This document shows positions 41,079 through 49,794 of a DNA stretch of 64,000 bases, one piece after another. Numbering within the stretch: the stretch's first letter is position 1; the number at the start of each line of letters is the position of its first letter. Origin of the DNA: Phycisphaerales bacterium (GTDB lineage: Bacteria > Planctomycetota > Phycisphaerae > Phycisphaerales > UBA1924); NCBI GenBank assembly GCA_027019265.1, contig JALUWX010000045.1, positions 6 through 64,005 of the forward strand. Reading direction: 5' to 3'. The position numbers and the translations under genes were made by a program. The notes beneath the pieces are model-generated. The model made no database searches. It was not told the DNA's origin and saw only the letters and a list, made by a program, of their open reading frames with translations.

Positions 41079-42653
41079 ATGATCTGGAAGCTCATCGCGA
41101 TCGCGCTGTATGCGTCGGTTTTGCTCGTCATCGGCTTTCTTGCTTCGAGGAAGATGCACGACATCCGGGACTACTTTGCGAGCGGGAAGAAGCTGGGGTT
41201 CTTCAATGTCGCGTTCAGCGCTCGCGCGACGGGGGAGAGCGCGTGGCTCCTGATCGGGCTCACGGGGATGGGCTACGCGATGGGGGTGAAAGCGTTCTGG
41301 GTGGTGCTCGGGGAGATGATCGGGGTCGGGGGCGCGTGGCTCCTGATGTCGAGGCGATTCAAGCGTTTGTCGGATCGGTACGACTCGATCACGGTCCCGG
41401 ATTATCTCGAGTCGCGCCTGCGCGACTCGGGGCATTGGCTCCGATTGATCGCGGCGGGATCGCTGCTGATCTTCGTCCCGATCTACGCCGGGGCGCAGGT
41501 GTTCGCGACGGGGGATGCGTTCAACTCGTTCCTGGGGTGGGATCACATCGTGGGCGCGGCGGTGGGATTCGCGGTGGTGATGCTGTATATCACCCAGGGG
41601 GGATTCACGGCGGTGGCCTGGAGCGATGTGTTCCAGGGGTCGTTGATGTTCCTGGGGTTGGTGTCGCTCCCGATTGTGATCCTGCTTGAGGTCGGGGGGA
41701 TCACGAACGTGACGGAGACGCTCCGCGCGGCCGATCCGCACTTGCTGTCGCTCCACGGGCCCGGCGTCGCCGGCGAGGACGGGGTGATCGCGCCGGGGTC
41801 GGGTGGCTGGACGACTGGGACGATCTTCTCGATCGTCGGGCTCGCCGCGATCGGGATCGGGTTCTGGGGGTCTCCCCAGGTGTTCGTTCGCTACATCTCG
41901 ATGAAGAACGAGAAGCAGATCGCGCCGGGCGCAACGACAGCGTTGATCTGGACCCTGCTCGCGGACTCGGGCGCGGTCCTCGTCGGGGTGTTCGGACGCG
42001 CGTACTTCACTCCCGAGCAGCTCGGGGGGGATCACGAGGCGATCCTCCCGACGGCGGCGCTTGAGATGCTCCCGGCGTTCTTTGCGGGCATCTTCATCGC
42101 GATGGTGCTCAGCGCGATCATGTCCACGATCGATTCGTTGCTCGTCGTGGCTTCGAGCGCGGGGGTCCGGGACTACTGGCAGAAGACACGCCACCCGGAT
42201 ATGCCCGACGCGACGCTCGTGAAGCTCTCCCGGAAGATGACGGTGGTGCTGTCGCTCATCGCGTTCGGGATCGGTCTCGGGTTGTTGCTCAGAGATCGGG
42301 AGAAGCCGTTGTTCTGGATCATCATCTTCGGGTGGTCTGGGATCGCGGCGACGTTCTGTCCGACGATGATCCTGTCGCTGTTCTGGAAGGGTTTGACATC
42401 GCTCGGCGCGAAGTGCGCGATGGTCGCGGGGTTCCTCGGGGTCCCGTTCTTCAGCTTCGTGGTCCCCCCGCTCCTCAAGGGCGCGGGTCAGGACGAGATC
42501 GCTGGGTATCTGTCATCGCTCGATGTGCTGCTCCCCAGCTTCCTCATCGGCTTCGTCGTTGCGGTGGTCGTGTCGTTGATTGACACGAAGGGACGGGCGC
42601 AGCTCGAGGGGATCGACGAGGACTTCGAGTACGCGCGGACGGGTCAGGGCTGA
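41079..42653 (+). CDS. Sodium:solute symporter family transporter
   Basis: A 524-aa polytopic protein. The N-terminal pattern DYFASGKKLGFFNVAFSARATGESAWLLIGLTGMGY is typical of the SSS family. Confidence 0.85.
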   Translation: MIWKLIAIALYASVLLVIGFLASRKMHDIRDYFASGKKLGFFNVAFSARATGESAWLLIGLTGMGYAMGVKAFWVVLGEMIGVGGAWLLMSRRFKRLSDRYDSITVPDYLESRLRDSGHWLRLIAAGSLLIFVPIYAGAQVFATGDAFNSFLGWDHIVGAAVGFAVVMLYITQGGFTAVAWSDVFQGSLMFLGLVSLPIVILLEVGGITNVTETLRAADPHLLSLHGPGVAGEDGVIAPGSGGWTTGTIFSIVGLAAIGIGFWGSPQVFVRYISMKNEKQIAPGATTALIWTLLADSGAVLVGVFGRAYFTPEQLGGDHEAILPTAALEMLPAFFAGIFIAMVLSAIMSTIDSLLVVASSAGVRDYWQKTRHPDMPDATLVKLSRKMTVVLSLIAFGIGLGLLLRDREKPLFWIIIFGWSGIAATFCPTMILSLFWKGLTSLGAKCAMVAGFLGVPFFSFVVPPLLKGAGQDEIAGYLSSLDVLLPSFLIGFVVAVVVSLIDTKGRAQLEGIDEDFEYARTGQG

Positions 42654-43504
42654 GGCGCGAGTCTCCGCTCGATGGCGCGGACCATGGCGTTGACGGCGTC
42701 GTCGTCGTAGGGGAAGAAGAGCGAGGGTTCGAGGAGTTCGAGCTCGGAGAGGAGGAGGGAGCCGTCGTCGTGCTCGATGAGATCGACACGCGCGTAGAGG
42801 GCGCCTTCGGTGGGCGCGGCGCTGAGGACGCGCTGGGCGAGGTCGAGGTGCTCGGGTCCGATGGGCTCGAATCGCGCGACGGATTCGTCGTCGCCTTCGA
42901 ATCTCGGTTGTTTCTGGATCGCATGGGTGAAGCGGTTGTCGATGTGGACCATGCAGACCTCGCCCCCCCGCGAGACGGAGGTCATGAAGGGCTGGACCAT
43001 CATGTCGCGCTGCGCGAGCATGGCGCTGAGGAAATGCTGCGCGTCGTCGGACTCGCTCGGGATCTCGAACGCGCGGGTCGCGAAGGACCCGGCGCTGATG
43101 CTGGGCTTGATGACGACGCGCGTCCACCCTTGCTCATCGGCGATGGCGCGGATGTCCGGGGTCGAGCCCTGGTCGAGGAAGACGCTCGGGATGATCGGGA
43201 TCCCTTGGGATTCGAGATTGAGGAGGTAGGACTTGTGGAGGTTGGCGCGGAGGACGGATGGGGGGTTGAGGAGGGTGGCTTTGGTGCTCGTCGTGTCGAT
43301 CCACTGCGCGAAGCGCTCGGGGTGCTGGGCGTAGTTCCAGGTGGCGCGGACGATCGCGAGGTCGAAGCTGGACCAGTCGATGGCGTCGTCGTCCCAGGGG
43401 GCGCTGAGCGCGTCGTGCCCGGCCGACCTGAGCGCCTCAAGGAGGGGCGCTTCGTCGATGTCGGGTTCGGGGAGGTTGAGACAGCTGACGAGCGCGATGC
43501 GCAT
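42644..43504 (-). CDS. ATP-grasp domain protein (RimK/glutathione-synthetase-like)
   Basis: The layout resembles ATP-grasp ligases: KSYLLNLESQGIPIIPS, VVIKPSISAGSF, MVQPFM and the C-terminal LLLSELELLEPSLFF. The substrate is unknown. Confidence 0.65.
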   Translation of the reverse strand: MRIALVSCLNLPEPDIDEAPLLEALRSAGHDALSAPWDDDAIDWSSFDLAIVRATWNYAQHPERFAQWIDTTSTKATLLNPPSVLRANLHKSYLLNLESQGIPIIPSVFLDQGSTPDIRAIADEQGWTRVVIKPSISAGSFATRAFEIPSESDDAQHFLSAMLAQRDMMVQPFMTSVSRGGEVCMVHIDNRFTHAIQKQPRFEGDDESVARFEPIGPEHLDLAQRVLSAAPTEGALYARVDLIEHDDGSLLLSELELLEPSLFFPYDDDAVNAMVRAIERRLAPQP

Positions 43505-43662
43505 GGCGGATTCCTCGGGTCGGTGGGGCGGATCCTAGTGGGGTGATCGGGACCCGGATCGGGTTGCTTTGGGGGTGTGCGGCGGCTAGTGTTTTCAGGA
43601 ATCTTTGAAACTTTGTGCCCCCGCGGTGGGGGCACGGATCCGAGCACGGAAAGCTGGTTCTG

Positions 43663-45129
43663 ATGACGATCTACAGGCCTCTCCCCGAGTACCCCCACCT
43701 GAGCGCGACGGACACGGGATTGCTGTCGGCGATCGCGCGGGGTGAGGCGCGGTTGACCCCCGAGCAGGGGCTCGAGCTTTTGACGGCTGCGCCGCTCCAC
43801 ACGCTCGGTCGGTTCAGCGATGCGATGTGCCGGAGCAAGCACGGGGACGACATCCGGACGTACGTGATCGACCGGAACATCAACTACACGAATATCTGCA
43901 CGGCGAAGTGCATCTTCTGCGCCTTCAAGCGCGCGGGGCACGAGCACGATGCGTACACCCTCGAGCACGAGGAGCTGTACGAGAAGGTCCAGGAGCTGAG
44001 CGATATCGGGGGGACCCAGATCCTGATGCAGGGGGGGATGAACCCGCACTTGCCCTTGGATTGGTACCTGGAACTGCTCAACGGCTTGCGCGAGCGGTTC
44101 CCGCATGTGAACGTGCACGGGTTCTCGCCTCCGGAGCTGATCGAGTTTGTGAACTTCTTCGATCCTCCCGGGTCGTCGTTGCTCGAGCAGGTGCGCTGGG
44201 TTTTGGTGCGCCTCAAGGAAGCGGGGATGGGGTCGCTCCCGGGTGGGGGTGGTGAGATCTTTGCGCCGGCCGTCCGGACCAAGATCGGGCTCGGGAAGTG
44301 CGATATGGAGGCGTGGCTGACGGTGATGTACGCCGCCCATTCGCTCGGGATGTTCACGAGCGCGTCGATGATGTACGGGCACATCGAGGGGTACGCGGAC
44401 CGTATCCATCACATGTGGGCCGTGCGCGAATGGCAGGACAAGGCGTTGATGGACTTTGGGTCCGGCGAGGTCCCGGGGTCGATCAAGGGTGATCCGACGG
44501 TGAAGAACCCCGAGACGGGTGGGCACTACCTCGGGTTCATCTCGTGGCCGTTCCAGCCCGACAACACGGCGCTGGGACGGGTCCCCCACTACCCGACTCC
44601 CGAGGATCTGGAATCGGGTGTGAGCTTCCCCGGCGATGTCGTCGCGAAGCTCGATGGGTCCGGGACCAAGGACATGGATCCGAACTTCGGTCGGCGATTG
44701 CGGCTTTCGGGCTCGACGGAGTACCTGCGGACCCAAGCGGTATCGAGGTTGATGCTCGACAATATCTATTCGATCGGGTCGTCGTGGGTGACGATGGGGC
44801 CGCACATCGGGCAGACGGCGTTGTTCTACGGCGCGAACGACATGGGCTCGGTGATGATGGAAGAGAACGTGGTGTCGTCGGCGGGGACGACGTACTGCCT
44901 GGACGAGGCGGTGCTGTGCCGACTGATCCGGGACGCGGGGTTCACACCCGGGCAGCGCGATTCGAAGTACGACGTGATCACGACGCACACGACGAAGGAC
45001 TCCCCCGACCTCAAGGTGACGGACTGGTCGGCACATCGGACCCAGCGTTTGCACATCCAGAACGAAGCGGAGACGAGCGAGCGGGTTGAGGTGACGGTCG
45101 GGAAGTCGGATCTGCAGAAGACCGAGTGA
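43663..45129 (+). CDS. Radical SAM enzyme of the MqnC/MqnE/CofH family (futalosine-pathway type), with insertions
   Basis: CxxxCxxC cluster CTAKCIFC follows NINYTNI. QGGMNP, HGFSPPE and GSLPGGGGEIF are family-typical. The ATG at 43663 was chosen. Confidence 0.75.
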   Translation: MTIYRPLPEYPHLSATDTGLLSAIARGEARLTPEQGLELLTAAPLHTLGRFSDAMCRSKHGDDIRTYVIDRNINYTNICTAKCIFCAFKRAGHEHDAYTLEHEELYEKVQELSDIGGTQILMQGGMNPHLPLDWYLELLNGLRERFPHVNVHGFSPPELIEFVNFFDPPGSSLLEQVRWVLVRLKEAGMGSLPGGGGEIFAPAVRTKIGLGKCDMEAWLTVMYAAHSLGMFTSASMMYGHIEGYADRIHHMWAVREWQDKALMDFGSGEVPGSIKGDPTVKNPETGGHYLGFISWPFQPDNTALGRVPHYPTPEDLESGVSFPGDVVAKLDGSGTKDMDPNFGRRLRLSGSTEYLRTQAVSRLMLDNIYSIGSSWVTMGPHIGQTALFYGANDMGSVMMEENVVSSAGTTYCLDEAVLCRLIRDAGFTPGQRDSKYDVITTHTTKDSPDLKVTDWSAHRTQRLHIQNEAETSERVEVTVGKSDLQKTE

Positions 45130-45165
45130 TCGGAATCGGGGAACCCGGATCACCAATAATCCGGT

Positions 45166-45732
45166 ATGCAATCCCCACGTGATCGTCAGAGCACCCTTGT
45201 CCGTACCGAACTCGCCGATGGTCTCCCGGCGCATGTCTGCCCGACGAGCGGCGGGGTTTGGATCGATGTCGCGCTGTACTGGGACTGGTTCCGGAAGCAG
45301 CCCGGGTTCCCGAAGCCCAGCCCGTCGTTCGAATCGCTCAACCCGATCGAGATCGAGGACGACATCGACACCCCGATGATCTCTCCGAGTTCGGGACGGA
45401 TCATGCGCAAATGCAAGGTCGGATCCGGGCTCGGGTTCCGGATCGATTTCGACCCGGCGAGCGGATTCTGGCTCGACAAAGGCGAGTATGACTCGCTGCT
45501 CGCGCACAACCTGCACGATGAGCTTCATCTGATCTGCTCTCCCGAGTATCAGCTGGCACTGGTTCGTCTCCGGTCCAAACAGTCGGAGCAGGATCGGTTC
45601 GCGCGGGCGCTTGGTGAAGATGCGTGCGATCGGATCGCGCAGTTCGCGGGTTGGTTTGGCGGGCTCCGGGATCGGTCGATCGCGATGTCCTATCTGATGG
45701 TCTGTATCGAGGACCGGGATGGAAGAACCTGA
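45166..45732 (+). CDS. Hypothetical protein with two degenerate zinc-ribbon-like (zf-TFIIB-type) repeats
   Basis: CPTSGGVWIDVALYWDWF and SPSSGRIMRKCKV...FDPASGFWLDKGEYDSLL resemble the CPxCgGvWlDxgEl pattern. Most Cys positions are replaced. Confidence 0.5.
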   Translation: MQSPRDRQSTLVRTELADGLPAHVCPTSGGVWIDVALYWDWFRKQPGFPKPSPSFESLNPIEIEDDIDTPMISPSSGRIMRKCKVGSGLGFRIDFDPASGFWLDKGEYDSLLAHNLHDELHLICSPEYQLALVRLRSKQSEQDRFARALGEDACDRIAQFAGWFGGLRDRSIAMSYLMVCIEDRDGRT

Positions 45733-45791
45733 TCCGGATTCGGGTGTGCGGCGGTCGGCCTTCTGAACACCGAGTCGAATAGACTGGGCCC

Positions 45792-46805
45792 GTGGCGCTT
45801 CGTCAGCTCCAGATCGTGATCCATGAAGATCGGCGGGCCTTGCTCGACGGGTTGATCGAGGGCTCGGGGGCGGTGCGTGACTTCGCGGTGAGCGCGGGGG
45901 ACGGGCTCGTGCTCGTGGGGGTGACGATCCGGATGGAGTCGGTCGAAGCGTTGACCGATTCGATTCTGGCGCATCACAAGCACGACAAGGGGTTCAGGCT
46001 GTCGATCCTGAGCGTTGAAGCGACCCACCCGAAGCTCCCGGAACCCGAGGAGGAAGCGAAGCAGGATCCGGAGAAGAAGTGGTCCCCCCGATTCGGGCGC
46101 GTGTCACGCGAGGAGCTGGTGGAGGATATCGAGGGCTCCGCGAAGACGACCCCGGTGTCACTCATCATGGTGGTGCTCGCGACGGTGGTTGCGTGTGTGG
46201 GGTTGCTGAAGGATTCGCCGGCGGTGATCATCGGCGCGATGGTGATCGCGCCGCTTCTCGGCCCGAACATCGCGCTCGCGCTGGGGACCACGCTGGGTGA
46301 TCTGGTGATGGTCAGACGCGCGATCCGTTCGAACATCATCGGGCTGTCGATCGCGATCTCGATCTCCGTGCTCGTTGGGCTGACGCTGGCGCGGGGGGAG
46401 GGGACATCGGAGATCACGGCTCGGACGATGGTCGATCTCGGGGATGTGCTGCTGGCGTTGGCTTCCGGGGCGGCGGGCGCTGTCGCGTTCACCTCGGGTG
46501 CGCCCCAGGTGGTCGTCGGGGTGATGGTTGCGGTTGCGTTGCTCCCCCCGACGAGCGTGTGCGGGATGATGATCGGGCGCGGAGACTGGCTCGACGCGGC
46601 GGACTCGGCGCTGCTGACGGCGACGAACGTGACGTGCATCAACCTGAGCGCAACGGGGGTCTTCCTCGTTCAGGGGATCCGTCCGAGCGCTTGGTGGGAG
46701 AAAGGACGTGCTCGGGGCGCGAGCATCCGCGCGATGGTCATGTGGAGCGTCGCGCTCGTGATCCTCGCGGTCCTCATCGTGCTCTCGGGGTTCGGGTCGT
46801 CGTGA
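45792..46805 (+). CDS. DUF389-family membrane protein
   Basis: An N-terminal soluble domain is followed by SLIMVVLATVVACVGLLKDSPAVIIGAMVIAPLLGPNIALALG, a hallmark of the DUF389 hydrophobic family. The start is GTG. Confidence 0.7.
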   Translation: MALRQLQIVIHEDRRALLDGLIEGSGAVRDFAVSAGDGLVLVGVTIRMESVEALTDSILAHHKHDKGFRLSILSVEATHPKLPEPEEEAKQDPEKKWSPRFGRVSREELVEDIEGSAKTTPVSLIMVVLATVVACVGLLKDSPAVIIGAMVIAPLLGPNIALALGTTLGDLVMVRRAIRSNIIGLSIAISISVLVGLTLARGEGTSEITARTMVDLGDVLLALASGAAGAVAFTSGAPQVVVGVMVAVALLPPTSVCGMMIGRGDWLDAADSALLTATNVTCINLSATGVFLVQGIRPSAWWEKGRARGASIRAMVMWSVALVILAVLIVLSGFGSS

Positions 46806-48017
46806 TCAGGGCTGTTTGGTTTCGGGACGGAACAGGATCTTGATGGTGATCTGGACCGTGTCGTGTGGATCTCTGGGGTTGAGCGCGTCGATCCGGGCGC
46901 CGCTGGCCTTCCATTTGTAGAGCATGTTGAGGAGCTGCTCGTTCAGGAGTCGGGATCCGGTGTTGTATTCCCGATCGAAGGAGCGGAGATACTGCGCGTG
47001 CGCGACCTTGCCCTGCGCGTTGAACTCAAGGACGATGACTGGGTTTGCGCCCGCGCCGTAGAGGCGGGCTTCGGAGGAGAGGAGCCCGGTGCTCAGGACG
47101 GTTTTGATCTCGAGCCCTTCGCCGACGATGGGCTGGTGGGCTCGATCGGGATCGAGCTTTTCCGCGCGTTTGATCGCGGTCGCGATGACGTCCCGATCGG
47201 ACACGACCCCCCTGAGCGATGGGAGCGCGGCGATGGAGTTGCTGGACGTGTTGCTGGGGGTGTTTGGGCTGGATTGGGGGCTGGGATTGGTGGAGGGCTG
47301 GGGCGCGGGATCCGGGGTGGGTTCGGGTGTTTCAGAGTCGGGAGTGCTGGAAGGCGCGTTGGTGGTGTCGTCCGAGTCGCCGTCGATCTCGTCTTGGATG
47401 ACAATCCCGATATCGCTTGTGATCTCGGGAAGGGTGTCGTCTTCGACCTGGGTGGTGTCGTCGGTTCCGGGATCGGTGATCGGCGCGGGGTCGGTCGGCG
47501 TTGGCTCGGGCTGAGACGACGGCGGCGGGGTTTGGGGCTGCTCGATCGGTTCGGGCTCGGGTGTCGGGATGGGAGGAGTCTGAACCGGGATCGGGTCCGG
47601 GGTCGTGGTGGGCTGCGCGGGCGCTGCTTCGGACGGGGCTTGCTCGATGGTCGGCGCGGAATCCGTGGGGATCGCGGAGTCTCCCGGCGCGGTGCTCTGG
47701 GCCGCTTGATCGACCTCAGACTCGGGCGCGGGCGCGAGGATCTCTTCGGGCGCATCGATCCCGAGCCAGTTGATGGAGGCGCTGGAAGTGTCGCGCTTCC
47801 CGAGACGGAGCTCGTCGTCCTTCTCGTGCTCCTCGGGGACGATGAGTGGGGATCGCGCGTCGAGGGGCGCGGATGCGCCGGTGCGGGTCGGAGAACTGAC
47901 CGACCACCACGCGATGAGGACGAGCGCGATCAGGTTCAGGAGCACACTGAGCGCGAACGCGCCGAGGGCGCGGGTGCGTTCCCCCTGCTCGCTGCTGAGT
48001 GTGCTGATCGCGATCAT
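46806..48017 (-). CDS. TonB-like energy transducer (TM anchor, long Pro-rich spacer, C-terminal domain)
   Basis: N-terminal anchor: ALGAFALSVLLNLIALVLIAWW. A ~170-aa Pro/Thr/Glu-rich region contains PEPEP and PTPDP repeats. There is a compact C-terminal domain. The start overlaps the exbD stop (ATGA). Confidence 0.65.
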   Translation of the reverse strand: MIAISTLSSEQGERTRALGAFALSVLLNLIALVLIAWWSVSSPTRTGASAPLDARSPLIVPEEHEKDDELRLGKRDTSSASINWLGIDAPEEILAPAPESEVDQAAQSTAPGDSAIPTDSAPTIEQAPSEAAPAQPTTTPDPIPVQTPPIPTPEPEPIEQPQTPPPSSQPEPTPTDPAPITDPGTDDTTQVEDDTLPEITSDIGIVIQDEIDGDSDDTTNAPSSTPDSETPEPTPDPAPQPSTNPSPQSSPNTPSNTSSNSIAALPSLRGVVSDRDVIATAIKRAEKLDPDRAHQPIVGEGLEIKTVLSTGLLSSEARLYGAGANPVIVLEFNAQGKVAHAQYLRSFDREYNTGSRLLNEQLLNMLYKWKASGARIDALNPRDPHDTVQITIKILFRPETKQP

Positions 48018-48460
48018 GGATCCTCCGACGGGATCGGTTCTCCTGTGTCCTGTACGTCCGCGCGGGTCCCGAGGATCGAGAAAGATCCCAGCCCTGCGCC
48101 CGTGAGGGTGTCGGCGAGCTGGATCAGGGTCCCGGACTGGGAGCGGGTATCCACGCTCAGGACGATGGGCGCATCGGGGCGCTCTTCACGGATGCCCCGG
48201 ATGTTCTCGATGAGCTGGTCGAGTTCGACGTTGAGGGTCCCGAGGACGAGTGAACCGTCGTCTTTGATGGTGATCGTGATGGGCTCGACCCGTTCGGCGC
48301 TCGCGCCGGACGCGAGCTCGGGGAGCTGAACATCGAGGACGTCCGCGCGGACCATGAGGACGATCGAGAACACGAAAAAGGTGAGGAGGAGGAAGACCAC
48401 GTCGATCATCGGGGTGATCTCGATCCGGATGTCCTGGTCGAGTCGTCTGACACGTCTCAT
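48014..48460 (-). CDS. exbD: Biopolymer transport protein ExbD/TolR
   Basis: IEITPMIDVVFLLLTFFVF TM segment, followed by PITITIKDDGSLVLG...PIVLSVDTRSQSGTLIQLADTL. The ATG at 48460 was verified in frame. Confidence 0.85.
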   Translation of the reverse strand: MRRVRRLDQDIRIEITPMIDVVFLLLTFFVFSIVLMVRADVLDVQLPELASGASAERVEPITITIKDDGSLVLGTLNVELDQLIENIRGIREERPDAPIVLSVDTRSQSGTLIQLADTLTGAGLGSFSILGTRADVQDTGEPIPSEDP

Positions 48461-49740
48461 GCCGGGGCTCCGCTGGGAGGCGTCGTTTCCGGGGTGACGG
48501 CGTAGTCCTCGCGTTTGGGGGAGACGGCCTTTCTCGTGTAGGACTTGCCCCCCCACTTCGTCGGGGTCCCGGTCTCGATGTCCTTCGCGGCGGCTCTCAT
48601 GATGCGCCAGACGAGGACGGACCCGAAGAGGAACCCGGGCGCGTCGAGGAGACGCGCGTGGCTTTCCTTGTACACAAGCGCGATTGTGACGACCCAAGCG
48701 ACAAGCGCGGGGATCCCGATCGCGAGTGCGCCGATCCGGGTGGGGTCGTTCCCGAGGGTGACTCCGAGGATGATGCACAGGAGTGCGCCGAGGGGGAGGA
48801 AGACATTGATGAGAACCGCGCGCCATGCGTATCGGCGGAGGCGTTTGACGTCGCACCAGGCCGTCTCGGTGTAGATGCGTTTCCATCCGCGCACGAACTC
48901 GGCCCAGGAGGCGTACATGCGGCAGCGCATGATGGTGTTGCTCATGAGGAGCCCGCCGCGCTTGCCCTCCCACTTGACGAGGACGGAGAGCATGATGTCT
49001 TCGAGGATGGCGCGTTTGACGTTCGCGTGTCCCCCGATCTCGTGGTAGGAATCCGCTTTGAAGAGCATGAACTGCCCGTTCGCGAAGGATCGACGGCGAT
49101 CGTCGGTGCGGTTCACCTTGCTCAGGGGGAACTGTCGGACGAGTTCGAAAGCGGCCGCGGGTTGGACGAGGCGCTCGAACCAGGTGTTGCAATCGAGGGT
49201 GGAGTGGAGAGAGAGGAGGTCGAGACCCCGGTCATACGCGAGGGCGACGGTGGCGCGGACACAGGACGGGTCGAACCAGGTATCGGCGTCTGTGAAGATG
49301 TAGACATCGGACCCGGGGGCGTTTTTGGAGCGGGTGACGCCGCAGTGGGCGGCGTGGACCTTGCCGGCCCAATCGTCGGGGCAGTGGTCGATCTCGACGA
49401 TCTCGAATCGGTGGTCGGACCCGATTTCGTCCTCGGCGACGGCTTTGGTGTCGTCGGTGCAGCGATCCAGCGCGAGGACGACTTTGAGCCGGTCGTAATC
49501 CTGGGCTTTGAGGGATCGGATCAGGGTCGCGATGTTGGCCGCTTCGTTGTGTGCGGGGACGATGACACACACGCTCTGGGTCGGGGGGGTCCGATCGGCG
49601 ATTTCGATCCCTTCCCGGCCGGTCGGGAGGGTCTTCCGCGCGATCAGGACGTGCGCAAGGACGACGGTCCAATAGACGGCGCAGAAGATCGAGACACATA
49701 CGAGCACGAACTGGATGACATCGAGGATCGGGTGGGGCAT
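48457..49740 (-). CDS. Membrane-embedded family 2 glycosyltransferase
   Basis: N-terminal TM helix, VCVIVPAHNEAANI, FTDADT (DxD-like), NGQFMLF, EDIMLS, WKR, and C-terminal TM helices. The ATG at 49740 was chosen. The stop overlaps the exbD ATG. Confidence 0.8.
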   Translation of the reverse strand: MPHPILDVIQFVLVCVSIFCAVYWTVVLAHVLIARKTLPTGREGIEIADRTPPTQSVCVIVPAHNEAANIATLIRSLKAQDYDRLKVVLALDRCTDDTKAVAEDEIGSDHRFEIVEIDHCPDDWAGKVHAAHCGVTRSKNAPGSDVYIFTDADTWFDPSCVRATVALAYDRGLDLLSLHSTLDCNTWFERLVQPAAAFELVRQFPLSKVNRTDDRRRSFANGQFMLFKADSYHEIGGHANVKRAILEDIMLSVLVKWEGKRGGLLMSNTIMRCRMYASWAEFVRGWKRIYTETAWCDVKRLRRYAWRAVLINVFLPLGALLCIILGVTLGNDPTRIGALAIGIPALVAWVVTIALVYKESHARLLDAPGFLFGSVLVWRIMRAAAKDIETGTPTKWGGKSYTRKAVSPKREDYAVTPETTPPSGAPA

Positions 49741-49794
49741 GGTGGGTCGTTGGAAGGGTAGCGCACAGGGGGTGATGATGGATAGACTCGGGGG

